Shown here: positions 28,410 to 43,488 of the stretch, piece by piece
How positions within the stretch are numbered: position 1 is the first letter of the stretch
How the letters are laid out: each line of letters opens with the position of its first letter
Origin: Chrysomallon squamiferum
Lineage: Eukaryota > Animalia > Mollusca
NCBI GenBank assembly: GCA_012295275.1
Contig: CM022673.1
Coordinates: 13,144,001 to 13,208,000, forward strand
DNA: 64,000 nt
Direction: 5' to 3'
Translations under genes and position numbers: made by a program
The notes under the pieces: generated by a model
Database searches by the model: none
What the model was told of the DNA's origin: nothing
What the model saw: the letters and a program-made list of their open reading frames with translations, nothing else

Positions 28410-30964
28410 TATTCTTAATTGCTTGGAAACAAATCCAGCCTGTGAGAGTCTGTTGAAAAACCGAGGAGCTGAAGAGCATCATTCTCAGATTTCTCCGAGT
28501 GTCATCGAGACGTATGTTGACGTCAAGCAAGCCAAACAACTGGTTGGTTGTTTGGTTAGCACACTCGCAGTGAAATAAAACAAATAAAGGGCAAGTGGGT
28601 GTGGGGTTGGGGGTAGGGTCAAGATGGCAGGTGAGAGAATTAAGGATATGACTGAACGGAGGTGTGGGGAAGAGTGTTTGGAATAATATGAAGGTAATGA
28701 AAAAGATGGGGGAGATTTGTGGTTAGGGACAGAGTGAAAGGATGACGGGAAGAGTGTGGGGATGATGAGGTGTGGTGGGTGTTAAGGGGCCAGGGGGAGT
28801 AAAGAAGGATCTTGCAGGTATCTGAGAAAATGTGGTAAGTGTGTGTAGCAGTGAGTGGTGAGTGAAATGTTAATGTGAGATGGGTGAGCGTATGATGACA
28901 GGGTGGGTACATGAGAAAGGCAAATGAAAATATGACAAAGTTTAATGAGTATGTATGTGTGCATGTTTGTGCATACATATATGAAAAGGGTGCTGTGGAT
29001 ATGTGAATAAGGCATAGTGGGTGTTTGAGTAGAATATGGTGGATGTATTACAAAGATATGTGGATGCAAGGCATGTTGGGTATTTTACAAGTCAGTTTGG
29101 TTTCTTAAAAGGGTGCACATGACAAGAGTTGGGTGTGGGTGTGGGAAAGGTAAAATGGGTGGATAAAATGGGTCGAAATGACATAAATGATTGAAGAGAG
29201 TATTAGTACAGATGTACTGAAAGGGTTGGGGGTGTCTGTCGATGATGGATGAGAAGTACAACAAGGAGAGGGGGGTTACTCAGGTAAGAGAGGTCAGACA
29301 GAAAGGTCACATAAAATGATGATTATTTAAAATTGTTGTGGGAGGATTCTGAAGCAAAGATGAAATCAAGAAGTAAATAAATCTACTTTAAAAAGAAGAG
29401 TTATGTTGGATCAAAATCTCAATGAAATTATAATTAAAAGATACTAATAAATAATTAGAAATAAATAATAAAAAGTTAATTTGAAATGTTTAAATAGATG
29501 ATTGAAAATAAAATAAATAAATAAATTAAAAATTAAATAACCATATAAATAAATGAATAAGAGAATGTAATAAACAAAATAAAATAAAGCAAAATAAAAT
29601 GAATTAAAATAAAATAAAATAAAATAAAATAAAAGAAATATGCATATTAAATAAAGAAATCAATATATAAACAAAAAAGGAAATAAACGGATAAATAAAT
29701 AAAATAAAATAAAATAAAATAAAAAGAAACCTAATAAAGAAATAATTTGAAAAATAAATTTAAAAGATCAACTTATCTTCCAAACAGCAGACATATATTT
29801 ATAAATATAATTATTATCAGTAATAACAAACAAAAAACTGCAAGGATGATGATATTAAATATTAATAAGGATAAACAAACAGAAATTTCCAGCCAGGCAA
29901 ATTTTATTCGGCAACAACAACAAAGAGAGAAGAAACAATAACTAACAAACTGATAAAATTAACCATCACATCTGTAGGTTTTATCAAACTTTCTTTTTTC
30001 TTACATGACAAATTTAATTATTGTAATTAAATTTTGTCATTTTATTTAATCTGCGTGACAAAAGAAATAAATAATAATAATAATAATAATACATAATAAA
30101 AATGATTTAAAATCTAAAATAAATAAACACAGAAAAAAGGGTAACATTAAATGAGTTTAAAAGATGACACAAAAACAGTTTTAAAGACAAACAAAGACAT
30201 GGAAGTTTTCCTGCTGTGACACCGTGGAGCACAGACTCATGAAAGGAATCCACTAATGAAGAAATCGCATCTCGGCTTAGTGACACGAACTTGCGAAGTT
30301 CAAACGATGTTATTCCGTCAGACTGTAACACGAATGACAAATTTTGCGGTGTCTCGTCTTATAAATTGTGCGAGTTGACTCTTTCGTGTTTACACACGTC
30401 TTAGAGAACTCTTCAGTCAACAGGTAACTCTCGGTTCGTTATCGATTTAAACAGGTAAGCCATACATGTTTGAGGCTCCGTTTGGGATAACGTCAAAATT
30501 AATTTAATTTTTTAATTTTATATTTGAGGCAGTTTCGGGGTTTGTTTTAAAATAGAATAAATTTTTATTGATAAGTTCATGATATGCTTTTTTTTTTAAA
30601 TCATGTATGTGAGGACCTGTTTGGGCATACATAAAAAAAAATGATAGAGGAATTGATAACTGAAAAAGAAGATTTATTTATGGTGTGAGGCAATCAGTTG
30701 TCTACCTTAATAATTAATAAGATGAATGGAGAAAGAAAGAATGAAGGAGAGAGAGAAAAGGAAGGAGGGAGGGTCAAATGAAAGAAAATGATAAAGTGTT
30801 AAATATCTGTATATTACATTTTACTAAATAATATATATATAAGCCAAATATTAATTACAAAAAAGCAAATAAAATTTTAAAATTTGTTTCTATTCTTAAC
30901 CAAACCTTTGACTTTTTCTCAAAAAAACATCAGAAGTATTTTCAAGGGAAGTAATTCAAAACCA

Positions 30965-31010
30965 GGTACTTACCTGAAAGAGAAGGAAAAAGAAAATTTT
31001 ATTAATAATT
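30965..31010 (-). other. Candidate recursive splice site (ratchet point) B, junction 30974|30973
   Basis: Minus strand reads ...aattattaataaaattttctttttccttctctttCAG|GTAAGTAcctgg: a branch-like TTAAT, a 20-nt pure pyrimidine tract, CAG, then GTAAGTA. Confidence 0.7.
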
Positions 31011-31637
31011 CATTTCAAGATCAAGTTAACAATATTTAATTTATGTGTATCATTAACAGACACTAATTAACTGTGCTGTTTATACAATAATTAACATGTA
31101 TATTAATTACACAATTAAACACAATTAGTTATTAACACTAATATATATTAACAACATTTAATGTAAAACATGTCAATTAATACTTGTGGCATTTTTATAT
31201 ACATACATATATATATATATATAAGTATATACAAAAGCTTTTTGATTGCTTTTTATTTTTCAACTGGTTCTTATACCAAGGTATTGCTTATTGCAAATTG
31301 ATATTCACATAACACTGTTTTAATTTATGCCAGCACACATTACCTATACAGACTATTTCCTTTATCAACGCACTGTCATCTCACTTCAGCACAAATACCA
31401 CACAGAAACCTAATTGTCTTCTTAAATATTCATAAGAAAAATTCTCTGAATTTTGTAATTTAAGACCTGTCCTGAAGCAAGATGGGAGAAAAAATACTGA
31501 CAAGAAAATTAGGCTAAGAGACATTTAATATTTCCAGATACCACCAGCATTCTTAATATGCAATGATTATAAATGGCCATTTTTAAATACTTGGAAGATT
31601 CATAAGAAAAAAAGGTAATATTCACAAGCTTATATTT

Positions 31638-31775
31638 ATTTAGAATAAGGAAATATTTGTTTAGAATGTGGTGATATTGATATAGAATAAAGTGATATTT
31701 TTAAAGAATAAAGTGATATTTGTACAGAATAAGGTAATATTCATTTACAATAAGTTAATATCCACACAGAATAAT
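31638..31775. repeat. Degenerate 21-bp minisatellite
   Basis: Units like tatagaataaagtgatatttt, about 6 copies. Confidence 0.7.
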
Positions 31776-31931
31776 GTAGATTAGTGTATAATGAGAAAAC
31801 ATTCACAACTACAAGTGTAATAGTTCATCTAGAAAATAAACCTGTTAAACATGACACATCTTTCAGAGACAGATAAAAACCAATGTAATATGTAAGTACA
31901 TGGCATCTCTCTCTCTCTGTCTCTTTGTCTG

Positions 31932-31962
<31 letters not shown>

Positions 31963-31968
31963 GTGTCA

Positions 31969-32013
<45 letters not shown>

Positions 32014-34704
32014 AATTTTGACATCACATGGTCACTGATTAACAGTGCATTAAGAAAATCTATACTTATGACACTCAACCGTCATCAACCATTGGGTAGG
32101 GACAGAAAGATCAAGTATGGCTACCACGGGCAGTAATGAGGTTAACAGCACAGAAACGTTTCTGACAGCTTATCAATGTGTCTGTGCATCTGTACGTACC
32201 ATGAAAAATCCCTGTTTGAACATTGTGACAGGTCTAATGACGTGAGATGTTGTGAACAGTAAAAAAAAAAAGAATTTAAAAATTGATATATGTATTTTTG
32301 ATTGATTGGATGTTTTAATCCATAGACATAATGATGATGAATTTATTTATTTTTTTTAAATTTGTAAATGAAGCAGCAGGAATCCATTAGGAATGTTTCT
32401 TAATAAGGAGCCTTGTTAAATTGGCAGTCTCACTTTATCAATAACTTTGCTAATTCAGTAAGCATACTGCACCAGCATCAACGACCTTTATAACACAACC
32501 ACTTGCTATACCAACAGTCTTATTAAGCAGAAAGCATCTTTGAGATTACCAAACTCATCAGCTGAATAATTTCATGATTCCACCAAACTTATTATATCAA
32601 TACCCTGTCTACACCAACAATACCATCCTTCCCAACAACCTGTATATACTAAACAGATTCTTTACATCACCAACCTCATTATACCAACAACTTTGGAATA
32701 CCAAAAACGTCATTTTATGAAGTACCTATATTATAATCAACATATTTTTTTTATGTAATACCAAAACATCCTAACTGAAACTTATAGCTCTTATTTCATT
32801 ATCTAATTTAAATAATTTTATTATTATTATTATTTTTTCATTATTTCATTATTTAAGCCATTATTCAACAAAACACAGTTTACATAAGATGGCTGAACCA
32901 TTTGTTCCTGACCATTTTCTATATAAAGCAAACATGATGTTTTCTTTAATTTTTATAATTTTCCCCTTTTCACTGAACAGGATATATTTAATTCTTGTTG
33001 AAAGAACATTCCAGAGGAATATGTAGTAAAAAAAAAAAAAGAAGAATTTCTTCTTAACCATTTTCTCTATTCAGACAACTATGATATCATTTCTCTTTTT
33101 TTTTAGTTCCTTTTTTTTTTTTTTTTTTTTTCTCTCTTGAACGACACACACAGAACATATCTAATTCCTGTTGAAAACAAATATCCGGGCAAAGAATTAT
33201 ATAAACAGGATTTTCTCTTGGCGAGTGAATCCATTTTTGATGAAATAAAACAAATCGCAAGTCACTAATCAAACAGGCCGAGCTGAATATATATTAAATA
33301 AAAGCGATGGCTTATTCCTGAATGATATAAAAACAAAAAATTTCTATGGAAATGTATTCAGCAGAAAGAATTATCTTCTCAGAGCTGGTAACATTCTGAA
33401 CCATGACAAGCAGATGTGAAGCTAGCAGGAAGACAATTAATTGTGAAACTGGAATAAATTCTGTCTAGATTGCGAGGAGCCAGTGGAATTATATTAATAA
33501 TGTTTTTGAATGCAATTAGAGGTAAAAACTTTCTTTTTTGAAGTGAAAGCTGAAACCTGCTTCTTTCGTAATGTTCTCTTGTTGTTTGTACAGTTTGTGT
33601 ACTTTTTTTTTTTGGAATGAAAATTCTAGTAAGAGTAAAAAAAAATTAAAATTAAAAGTTTTTCTGTAACATCTGGAGAATAATCAGAATATGTGGGGTG
33701 GTGTCATTTTGAGGATGTGTGTTTTTTGTTTTTTTAAAAAACTATATGTAACAATTATGTGGAAATAACTGAGGTAAAAGTTACTTTTAAAACAAACAAC
33801 AACAACAACAACAGCAATAAAACTTGTTTTTTTTTGAAATCCACCACTAATGTTCTGAAGTTTCCTACATAGATGAAGAAAACAAATGAAATTTTTTGTT
33901 TTAAAATTTAAAAAAAAAAAATGAAAAAACTGAAACCTCCACATATTATAATATTAAAAGATCATAACGTCTCATATTTATAACTTAACAAATATTACAT
34001 CTGATCGGACTGTTTCCATAATATCTGCTATGCGAGTAAGTCTTGAAAAAAAATAAAAATGAAGAAACAAAGCTCCAGGCTTAATCTGTCAATGATGGTG
34101 GCTTTGGTGTGTCAGGGTCTGGTATCTGTGCGAGCTTTCACAAATAAATATTAATATGTTCTTAGTCACAGATGTCTTTTCAATAAACATATTGATGATT
34201 CAAAGTATTTTATCAGATTAAACAGTAAAAAAAAAAAAAATGTTTTGAAAACAAGAGTTTTGAAAAGATTAAAAGAAAGTTATTGTGCAACAAGATTCTA
34301 GGCAGAGCCAGGATTTCAGAAAGAGGTTGAGTGTGAGAGAGATGGTGGCTGGAACGGTTGAGGTAAATTTAGTTGAATTATGATGAAAACAAAGTCGTTG
34401 ATACAAATGATGGAAGTACACAGCAGTGAAGTGGGAAGGACTGAAAGAATGAAATAAGAAAAAAAACGAAAGGTTTGTTAAAAGACGACTATTTAATACT
34501 CCTTGCTGAAATTTGGTGAAATTTGTGCATGTATAAATTATTGAGTGTTGAAAGACAGAGAAAAATAAATTACTTACACATATAATAATGTTCAAATGAC
34601 TAGAAATAAAATAATAAAATAATAATAATAAATAAAAATACTATACTAGTAATAAATATAGTAATAACAGTAACAATAACAATAACAATAACAATAACAA
34701 TAAC

Positions 34705-34764
<60 letters not shown>

Positions 34765-35463
34765 AATAAATAAAAAACCCTGCATGGTTTGATAAAAAGA
34801 ACAAGAAGTCATAAATATGTATGCAGTGAAGTTAAATGCACTCAAGGGCAGGAAGAGGGGTGGGGTGTTTGAAATCACTGCAGACAAATAAAAATAATAG
34901 AAAGAAGCAAACAAATACTGCAGCATTCCACTTCATTTCACTTCATTTCACTTCACTGATTTTATGAAACATAAACAAAATTAATCACCTTTGAAACAGA
35001 AATAAAAAACAAAAATAACAAAACAAGATTTAAAAAAAATAATGGGGAAAAAAAAATAATTTTAAAATACCAAATGACTATCACTGGATGCAGTCTGTAC
35101 ATCTGTTGCTTTGTCCATTGTTCTGTCAGTGTCTGCCAAAGTGCAGACAGTTGTTAAAAAAGGTTATGTTTTTTTGTTGTTGAATTTTTGGCAGTTAAAG
35201 GGTTAAGGGTAGAAATTCAGTGAGGTGCAACCAGGTGCTTAGTGAAATGTTTAAACTTGTTTTGTGTTGTTTATAGTGAAGTCAGTGTTTCAAGTGTTTA
35301 TCATTGTTTTGTGTGATTTGGTGTGAAGTCAAGTATTTATCATTGTATTGCAGAAGAAAGAATCATAATGAAATAGACCACATGTAGAGTTGTACAGACA
35401 CACAGATTAATATATGGACAATGATGCATGAACAGCACACACACATACACACACACACCCACA

Positions 35464-35587
<124 letters not shown>

Positions 35588-36043
35588 TATAATCACAATA
35601 TTGGATTCAGATATATGTTGGTAGATGCAACATGCACACAAACACTATTAAATGCAGGCATGCCCACAAAGAAAAACATACACACATACACATACACACA
35701 CCACACACACACACATGCACACACACACACACAATTCAATGTCTGTGGTATTAACATTATATCAAAGGATTTATTTAATACATTCTAGCCTGTTCAGAAA
35801 TTAAAAAAAAAAAAAAACATATTTATTTTTGTAATCAAACAAGTGAAAGATGCACTTTGTCAGTGTGTACACATGTATTTTCTTGTGAGTACTAACTCAA
35901 CATTTAAAACCATAAGTAAGAAAATCCACAGTCATCAGACAACCACTCTTTACCTCTGTTAAACATGCTACATTTTAAGTCCACAGAAATGACTCAATTA
36001 CTCTGATTTTCACTCAGATTACAACACTACCAAGAAAAAGAAA

Positions 36044-36082
<39 letters not shown>

Positions 36083-36444
36083 GAACGAAAAAAAAAAATT
36101 AAATAAGAAAAAAAAAAAAGGATGTGAAATCTTGCAAGGTCGATCAATTCTAGAAATGCCAGTGCATTAGAGGAGAAACCTAGCCCTGTGCCAGGTTAAA
36201 TGAAGCCCCTAATGAGAAGGCAATGCACATTAATGTGTCATTTGGTCAAAATGTCGAAATTAAAGATTTTTCTTTTTTTTTCCCCCACTGAAAATGGAAT
36301 TAACAATCTCATCTTATCTATGGGAAACATCTCAAAGTTATCAGAGAGCATACGGTTTCCAACGAGATAATGTGTCTCTTGGAATTTCTCTTCAAAAATC
36401 AAAATCTGATTAAAAAAAAAAAAAAAAAATTAAAGTTTTAAAAC

Positions 36445-36642
36445 ATAATTACACTTTTCTGCCTAATGATGAAGAAAATTTTCTTGAATTTTAAAATTTT
36501 TTTTTTTTTTAATTTAAAAAGATAATTGCACTTTCCTTCCTAATGACCAGGAAGAGTTATGTTTTTTTTTTCTTCATAAAAAAAGTTTAAAAATTGTGAA
36601 AAATATAATTGCACTTTCTCGCCCGGTCATGAGAAGAGTTCT
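36445..36642. repeat. Degenerate ~80-bp repeat x3
   Basis: ataatt(a/g)cacttt...atga..gaaga.tt at about 36445, 36522 and 36604. Confidence 0.6.
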
Positions 36643-37005
36643 AGAAATTAGAGTTATGGTTCTTCGACAGATACAAGATGGAGAGATTCTTCTGCTGCAT
36701 TTTTCTCCTCTGTTAGTTAAAAACCATTGTTCCCAGTTCTGACAGAAGATATCTGCAGCTGGTAAATCAATCTTTCTGTCAAATTTATTTTTGTTAATTG
36801 AAATTTTCTCAAGAAATCATCAGTTTCCATCTTTCTTTTTTTTCTTTTTTTTTTTCCTTCCTTTTTGTTTTATTGTTACTAGTTTGTTACTAACTTAAAG
36901 CTGAAGAAATGTTTTAAAGATACTGAAATGATAATGATGATGATGATTACAATGATGAGAAAGAAAAAAAAAATAACCATCTTATTATTGTTGTTGTTGC
37001 TGTTC

Positions 37006-37044
<39 letters not shown>

Positions 37045-38219
37045 TATTATTATTAATACAAATAATAAGAAGGAGGATGATAATGATGATGATATAACAA
37101 CAACAACAACAATAATAATGGTGGTCATGATTTATATTTCCCAATCTGGCCTATGTTTTACATCAGGTTATCAGATGTCATGATGTGTTTTCACTCTATG
37201 GGAAGATAATTTTAACAGAATGAAAAATGTTGATTTTCATTAAAGACTATTTTTTATATATACCAAATGTTTATAAAGAAAGAAATAATTTAAAATACTA
37301 AGACTAGAATAAAACACAGTTTTTTTTGTTTGTTTTTTGTGAAATAGAAAGAAGTATAATTATAGAGATTAAATTTATAGAACAGAACCATTTAACTGGT
37401 TATAAAAAAGTAATAATAATAATAAAAAAATGAAAATCTTTTATATTTATTTTTTTGTTTTACATCTCCACTCAATCACATATCAATCCTCAACTGATTC
37501 AAAGTAAAAATTAATTTTTAAAATTTTTCTATTGTATCATCATCATCATCATTATTTACTAAGAACAAAAAAAAAATCTAATCTCAGAAAGAGCCCATTA
37601 AAATACCTCCCTCAAAAAAAGATTCAATCTGGCTTAACACAAGGGAGATAACTCCTGTCAGTCCAACTGTGGAGGTCTCACACCACAGAAATTTAATTCT
37701 GAAACTCAGCTGAGCAGAAGATATTAAGAATGACAGCAGTTTGCCCTGGGGAAAACACGTACAGCCTTTCAATCTTGTTATGGGTAAAACTGATCTCACA
37801 AAACCAATCGTAGCAGATGTTATCAGCATTGTGCGACGAAGGCGTGTGCGAAAATAGACCCAGGGTAAGGACATACATGTTTAAGTTTCTGCTTGAACAG
37901 TCGGTAAATTAGCAGACGAGTTTGTGAACGGCATTACGTACAACTGTCAAAAATCAGTGACAGTCTAATGAGCACAGCTTGAATCCGTGTAAACAACAAT
38001 GCTTGACAATGATGAGGTTGGATTGGGAAAAAATATTAAAATACTGCAGGTTTGTTTAGGATGTCAGGTAGTTATGATGATGATGATGAGGGTGGATGAG
38101 GTGAAAAAAGATAAATAATGTTTGTTTGTTTTGACAGCTATTAAATTTTTTTTTTTTCTTGTGCATTGTCAGTTTATTATTTATTATTATTATCATTATT
38201 ACTGCTACTACAACTACTG

Positions 38220-38272
<53 letters not shown>

Positions 38273-40776
38273 ATTATTATTTTGGAAGTGATAAAGAAAG
38301 AATAATGTGTAAAATAATACTTATATTCCATTCTCTTTCATTCTCTCTCTCTTTTTTTTTCTCTCACTCAATCACACTCACTATTTCTTTCTTATTACCA
38401 ATTCCAGTTTATGAAAAATGAGTTCTTAAAACAACGCATGTTTTAAAACAATTACGTAACAAGGTGATGTGTTTTTTGTAAATGTCCAGAGTTAACATGA
38501 TTTGTGTTCCAGCTTTTTGCAGTTGTTAATTAACTAAAATATAGAATTACTCAGCACCTAATAACAATCTTCTTCTATTTGCATTGACACCTTTCAGGTA
38601 AAAAAAAAACACCTGAAGAAATTAAAAAGCAAAAAAATAAAAATAAAAAAATAAAAAAAATTAAGAAAAGCAATCTATTCAAATCTGGGTAAAAAGTGAA
38701 GAAATAATTAAGAAAATAATTTAAAATATCATCCCAAAAAAGAAAAAAAAAAACAACAAAAAAAACCCTAGGTTAATCCTGAAGATATATTAATATCTCC
38801 CAAAACTTCCCTCCAAAAACCTCCCAAACAACCACAATAATAATAATAATAATAATAATAAAATAATAATAATAAAATTTTTTAAAAAAATAAAAATTTT
38901 TTAAAAAATAATAATAAAATTTAAAAAAATGTAAGAACAAAAAACCCAATCTTATTTATTTATTGGTAGATAAAAACAGAAGAAAATTAAAACAAATTGA
39001 GGAAATATATCTTATTTCCATGGTAATAATACTGAAATATATACTCCTACATGTTCAAATTACATGCATAAATTTATAAAAATAAATTAAAATGGGTGTT
39101 TTTTGCATTTTGAGTTTTCTAAGAATGTAAATGATACATGTGATAATTTTAGGTAAGGTTTATGTAAGAAATTTTCAATTAGCCACCAAATATATGATGC
39201 TCATAAAAATAAGAAAAAAAACAAAAAAAACATTAAAGGAACAAATATAAAATTTATCCATCCTGTATAAAGAAGACAAGCAATTTGAATTAAATTTAAA
39301 TATGATATTCCAAGTTCAGTATGAGAAACATGCCAAGGCATTTTTGACAGACACACATCAATACACACACACATGCTGACACACACAAACACACACATAT
39401 GTAAATATACATCACACACACATGTACACACATAACAATATATAAAACAACAAAAACAAACAAACTACAACAAACAACAAACACTTAACAGACAACACAT
39501 GACAGCAAAAGACACCAGACAGATATAACATATAACAAACAGGCAGTATGTAACAACAAAAAAACTACATATATCACAAACACATAACAAACAACAGACA
39601 ACACATAACAAACAACACACAACATATAACATAACATGTAACAAAATAGGCAACATATAACAAAACAAACAACATATAACATATACCAAACAACATACAG
39701 TATGTGACATATGACAAAGAAGAGACAAACCATTACAAACTACAGACAAAATAGAACGAGACGACGAGCACAGAACATACATGTCAGTGACATATGTCAT
39801 TTGTCAGGTGATAACAATCTCAGTGGACGGGGTACACTTCGGTTGACTTCAGCTCAGTGAAAAGGATCAGTCAACTTTCAAAAGCTTCGGCTGTGTCTTT
39901 CCCAGTCAACTGCTGTCATTTCTGAGCAAACAAAGACTTGCATGCTGATTTCGTTTAAACCTGGAGTACAATTTTCACTCTTCACCGAGTCCCTAATGTG
40001 AGCAGCAGATAGTTTCAACAACAAAAAAAATCTTTATTTTTTTTCTTTCATTTTCTCCCATTTCTTTATTTTTTCTTATTCATTATTATAAGAAAACCCT
40101 TTCTTTTCATTTCATTTTCTATCCTTTTTTTTTTTTTTTTATTTTTTCCTGTCTGTTATTATTTTCTTAAATTTTATGTTATTATTTTTTCTATCTTTTA
40201 TTATTTTTTTATTTTGCATTTTTCATTTCTTTAAAAAGTTATTATTATAACTATTATTTTTTTTTTTTTTTTTTTTTAAATAATAGTGACGCAGAAGAAA
40301 CATATTTGTTCATTTATTTGTAAAATTTAAATCATTTTTTGAAAAACCTCATGCTGGCGAACAATAATGATAAAAAGTTTAATGTTGTAATAAAAAGTTT
40401 TTCAAAGGATTTAATAAAAAGAAACCAGCAACTGACATCTTTTGAACATTTTCTCTGATACAAGTGTTGTATTATTTTTTTCTTTTCAATTTACTGAATA
40501 TTAAATTAATTCTCAATCTATACAACACATCTGAGATGGGTTAGTTGTAATCCAGGGAAGGTGTTTGACAATATGTTTGTATCAAACAGTTTTTTCAATC
40601 CACCCTTTCAGCTGGTTTCAGTTATGACTACAAACACAAAAAATATTTTTCCCCATCTTGGGTAGCAGGCTTATGCTTGTTTCATAACTGTGTGTTTGTG
40701 TGTGTGTGTGTGTGTGAACCTGCATGAATTTGCATGTGTATGTGTTTGTGAATATGTTTATATGTATGTATATTTA

Positions 40777-40815
<39 letters not shown>

Positions 40816-41935
40816 TTATGTACAGATATATGTGTGTGTTTCAAATAGTCTTGTTAATATTATTTTCAGTAAGATGTAGATGAAATTATGAAAACTTCCT
40901 CCTGTCATTGGGCTATCCCATACCAAAAACAGACAACAACCCCCCTCACCACACCCTCCCTTTTTTTCATATTACAAAAACTCTCTTTTCTTCTCTGTTC
41001 ATATAATCTGTGAACAGATCAAGCAACTCACCTGTACACAGAGTACAACAGAACTGGCTTCACATGCAGGTATATAATTCATGGGTGTGTTTTTTAAATG
41101 ACATATTTAAAATTTTTACATATACATAAAATGTATGTATAAAACCACTGCTCAGTCGGAAAATGAATTTTAGTTTCTGGTATTCATTAAAAAAAGAAAT
41201 AAAAATAGAAATATAAAATGTATGTAAAATTAATGTTTTTGTACAAAGGTAAAATTCTTCTGCATCTTTATACAATCACTGCACCTTTGTGAAATGTAAC
41301 ACTGTTAGTGGCCAGGTTAAAGTTTAATTAAAGGTGTGCCATCCTCACCCACAACTAAAAAAAATAAATAATTATTTTTACAAATGCGTAGAACTTTATA
41401 CAGTGTATTAAAATGGATATAAAAAAAATTAATGGCATTTTCACTATATATCAGTCTTATTTTCAAACTGATTTTATAATTTTTTTTTTCAGCATGTAAT
41501 AATTTGGTGTCTGCCATTTTTGATGAATCTGAGGAAACTAACTCTTCTTTCTGCTTCACTCTGTCTCATAATATGATAATAAAGTTATACAGATATTCAA
41601 AAAAAAACATGAATGAATCAGATTGCGTTATTGATCTGAGCAAATTAACTTATAAGACTGAGTCAGCAACTATCTCATTAATATTCCTGGTTGATATGCA
41701 GGTTTGAGTGTTTATATTCATTGATGTATTTCTGTGCATTTGCGTTTGTATTTTATGTGTTTCTGTTTATATGTATGTCTATTTCTGTGTTTGTGTGTGT
41801 TTGTGTGTGTGTGTGTGAATCTGTGAAAGAGATAATTTAAGCACATCTTAAAAAGTGTGAGAAAGTGGATATTTATAACAGTGTGTGTGAAAATGTTGGT
41901 GTCTGTATGTGTGTGTGTCTGTATGTTCTAAATAA

Positions 41936-41978
<43 letters not shown>

Positions 41979-43014
41979 TGAGAGAATAATTTTTCAATAC
42001 AACAAAATGACATTGTTTGTGTGAGAATATGTACACATGTCTCTGTGTCAGTGTGTTTTTGTACATGTTTTTCCTTTGTATGTCTGTGTGTGTGTGAGTG
42101 TTCTTTTATTCCCAAAACAAATACATTCTCACCCTCCACTTATCTGACCCACCCAAGCAAACAGACGATCAAGATTATTTTCTATTATACAACACAATTT
42201 TAATGTCAAAAATTCACCTGTCACATCAAAGAAAACACACGTCTTATCTCACCTGCAATCAATGTACAGTATGTGGACATAGGTGAGACACAGGTATGAC
42301 AAAAAAAACAAACAACTGGCTACAACTTTGAAAATTGTTATCTTAGTAATGAGAAAAATGGTTAAATTATCATAAATTGTTTATTTTATCGTTTCTATCT
42401 GGTATATGTTTGAGTCTGTGAATGAAAAGAAAAATAAATGTCACTGTTTGTGATTTGTGTTTTTCCAGACTAAGGAGGGATGGGACAGATAGACAGACAG
42501 ACAGACAGGCAGACATGTTTTAGAGGGTGTTTGTGTCTCATGTTTAATTTTAGTTCTTGTGAAGTTGTTTTCTTTGTTGAAGTGAATACGCATTTTGATG
42601 GATTTTGGTTTATTTTTTTTATCATAATTTTCTGTTATTTTATTTAATATTTTTATTTTATAATTTTTTTATTTACTTTATTTATTTTATTTCAGTTTTA
42701 ATTTATTATTTGAATTTTTATATATTTTATTTTATTTTATTTATTTATTTGTCTGTTTATTTATTTATTTATTTTGTTTTATTTAAATTTAAATTTGTTT
42801 GGTTTTATTTTGCATTATATTTTATTTTATTCATTGTAATATAATTCATTTATTTATTGAGAATATTTTATTTCATATATTTACTTATTACCTTATTTAT
42901 TTTATTTTATTTTATTTTTTTTTATTTTATTTTATTTTATTAAAAACTAATTTTCATTTCTTTTTCAGATATAAAAGCTATTCAGCTAAGTTTAAGCTTA
43001 TTTTTATTAAACAA

Positions 43015-43145
<131 letters not shown>

Positions 43146-43457
43146 GTATACATTTAAAAACAAAAAAAATGTTTTTATTTAAAATATATATATTACAAAA
43201 AGTGTAGAGTATTGAGTTTATTTTCTTTACTAAAAAAAATACATAAATAACAAGTAAATGTTTTTTGTATATATGTACAAACCTTTAATATAAAATAGAT
43301 TTGTGCTTAATCCTCTTTATTTCTTACTTTTTGTAATTTATTTTTACTGCATTATTCATTGGTTATATTATTTATTTGTTTATCTGTTTATCTCTTTGTT
43401 TATTTATTTATTTATTTATATACATAATCATTTATTTTTTTTATTACTAATAATGGG

Positions 43458-43488
<31 letters not shown>

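Noticed and set aside
30244-30405. Stop-free stretch of about 54 codons on + (KESTNEEIASRL...) in a CpG-rich island
   Set aside because: No start codon or convincing acceptor, and no recognisable homology.
30967-30980. TACTTACCTG resembles the U1 snRNA 5' end (also at 61727)
   Set aside because: It is followed by purine-rich runs rather than the U1 body; better explained as a minus-strand splice signal.
36606-36628. AATTGCACT, a miR-92-like seed
   Set aside because: It is one unit of a local degenerate repeat, with no precursor hairpin.
38595-38645. Minus-strand polypyrimidine-CAG|GT as another ratchet point
   Set aside because: The regenerated donor GTGTTT is poor, and T-rich tracts are ubiquitous here.
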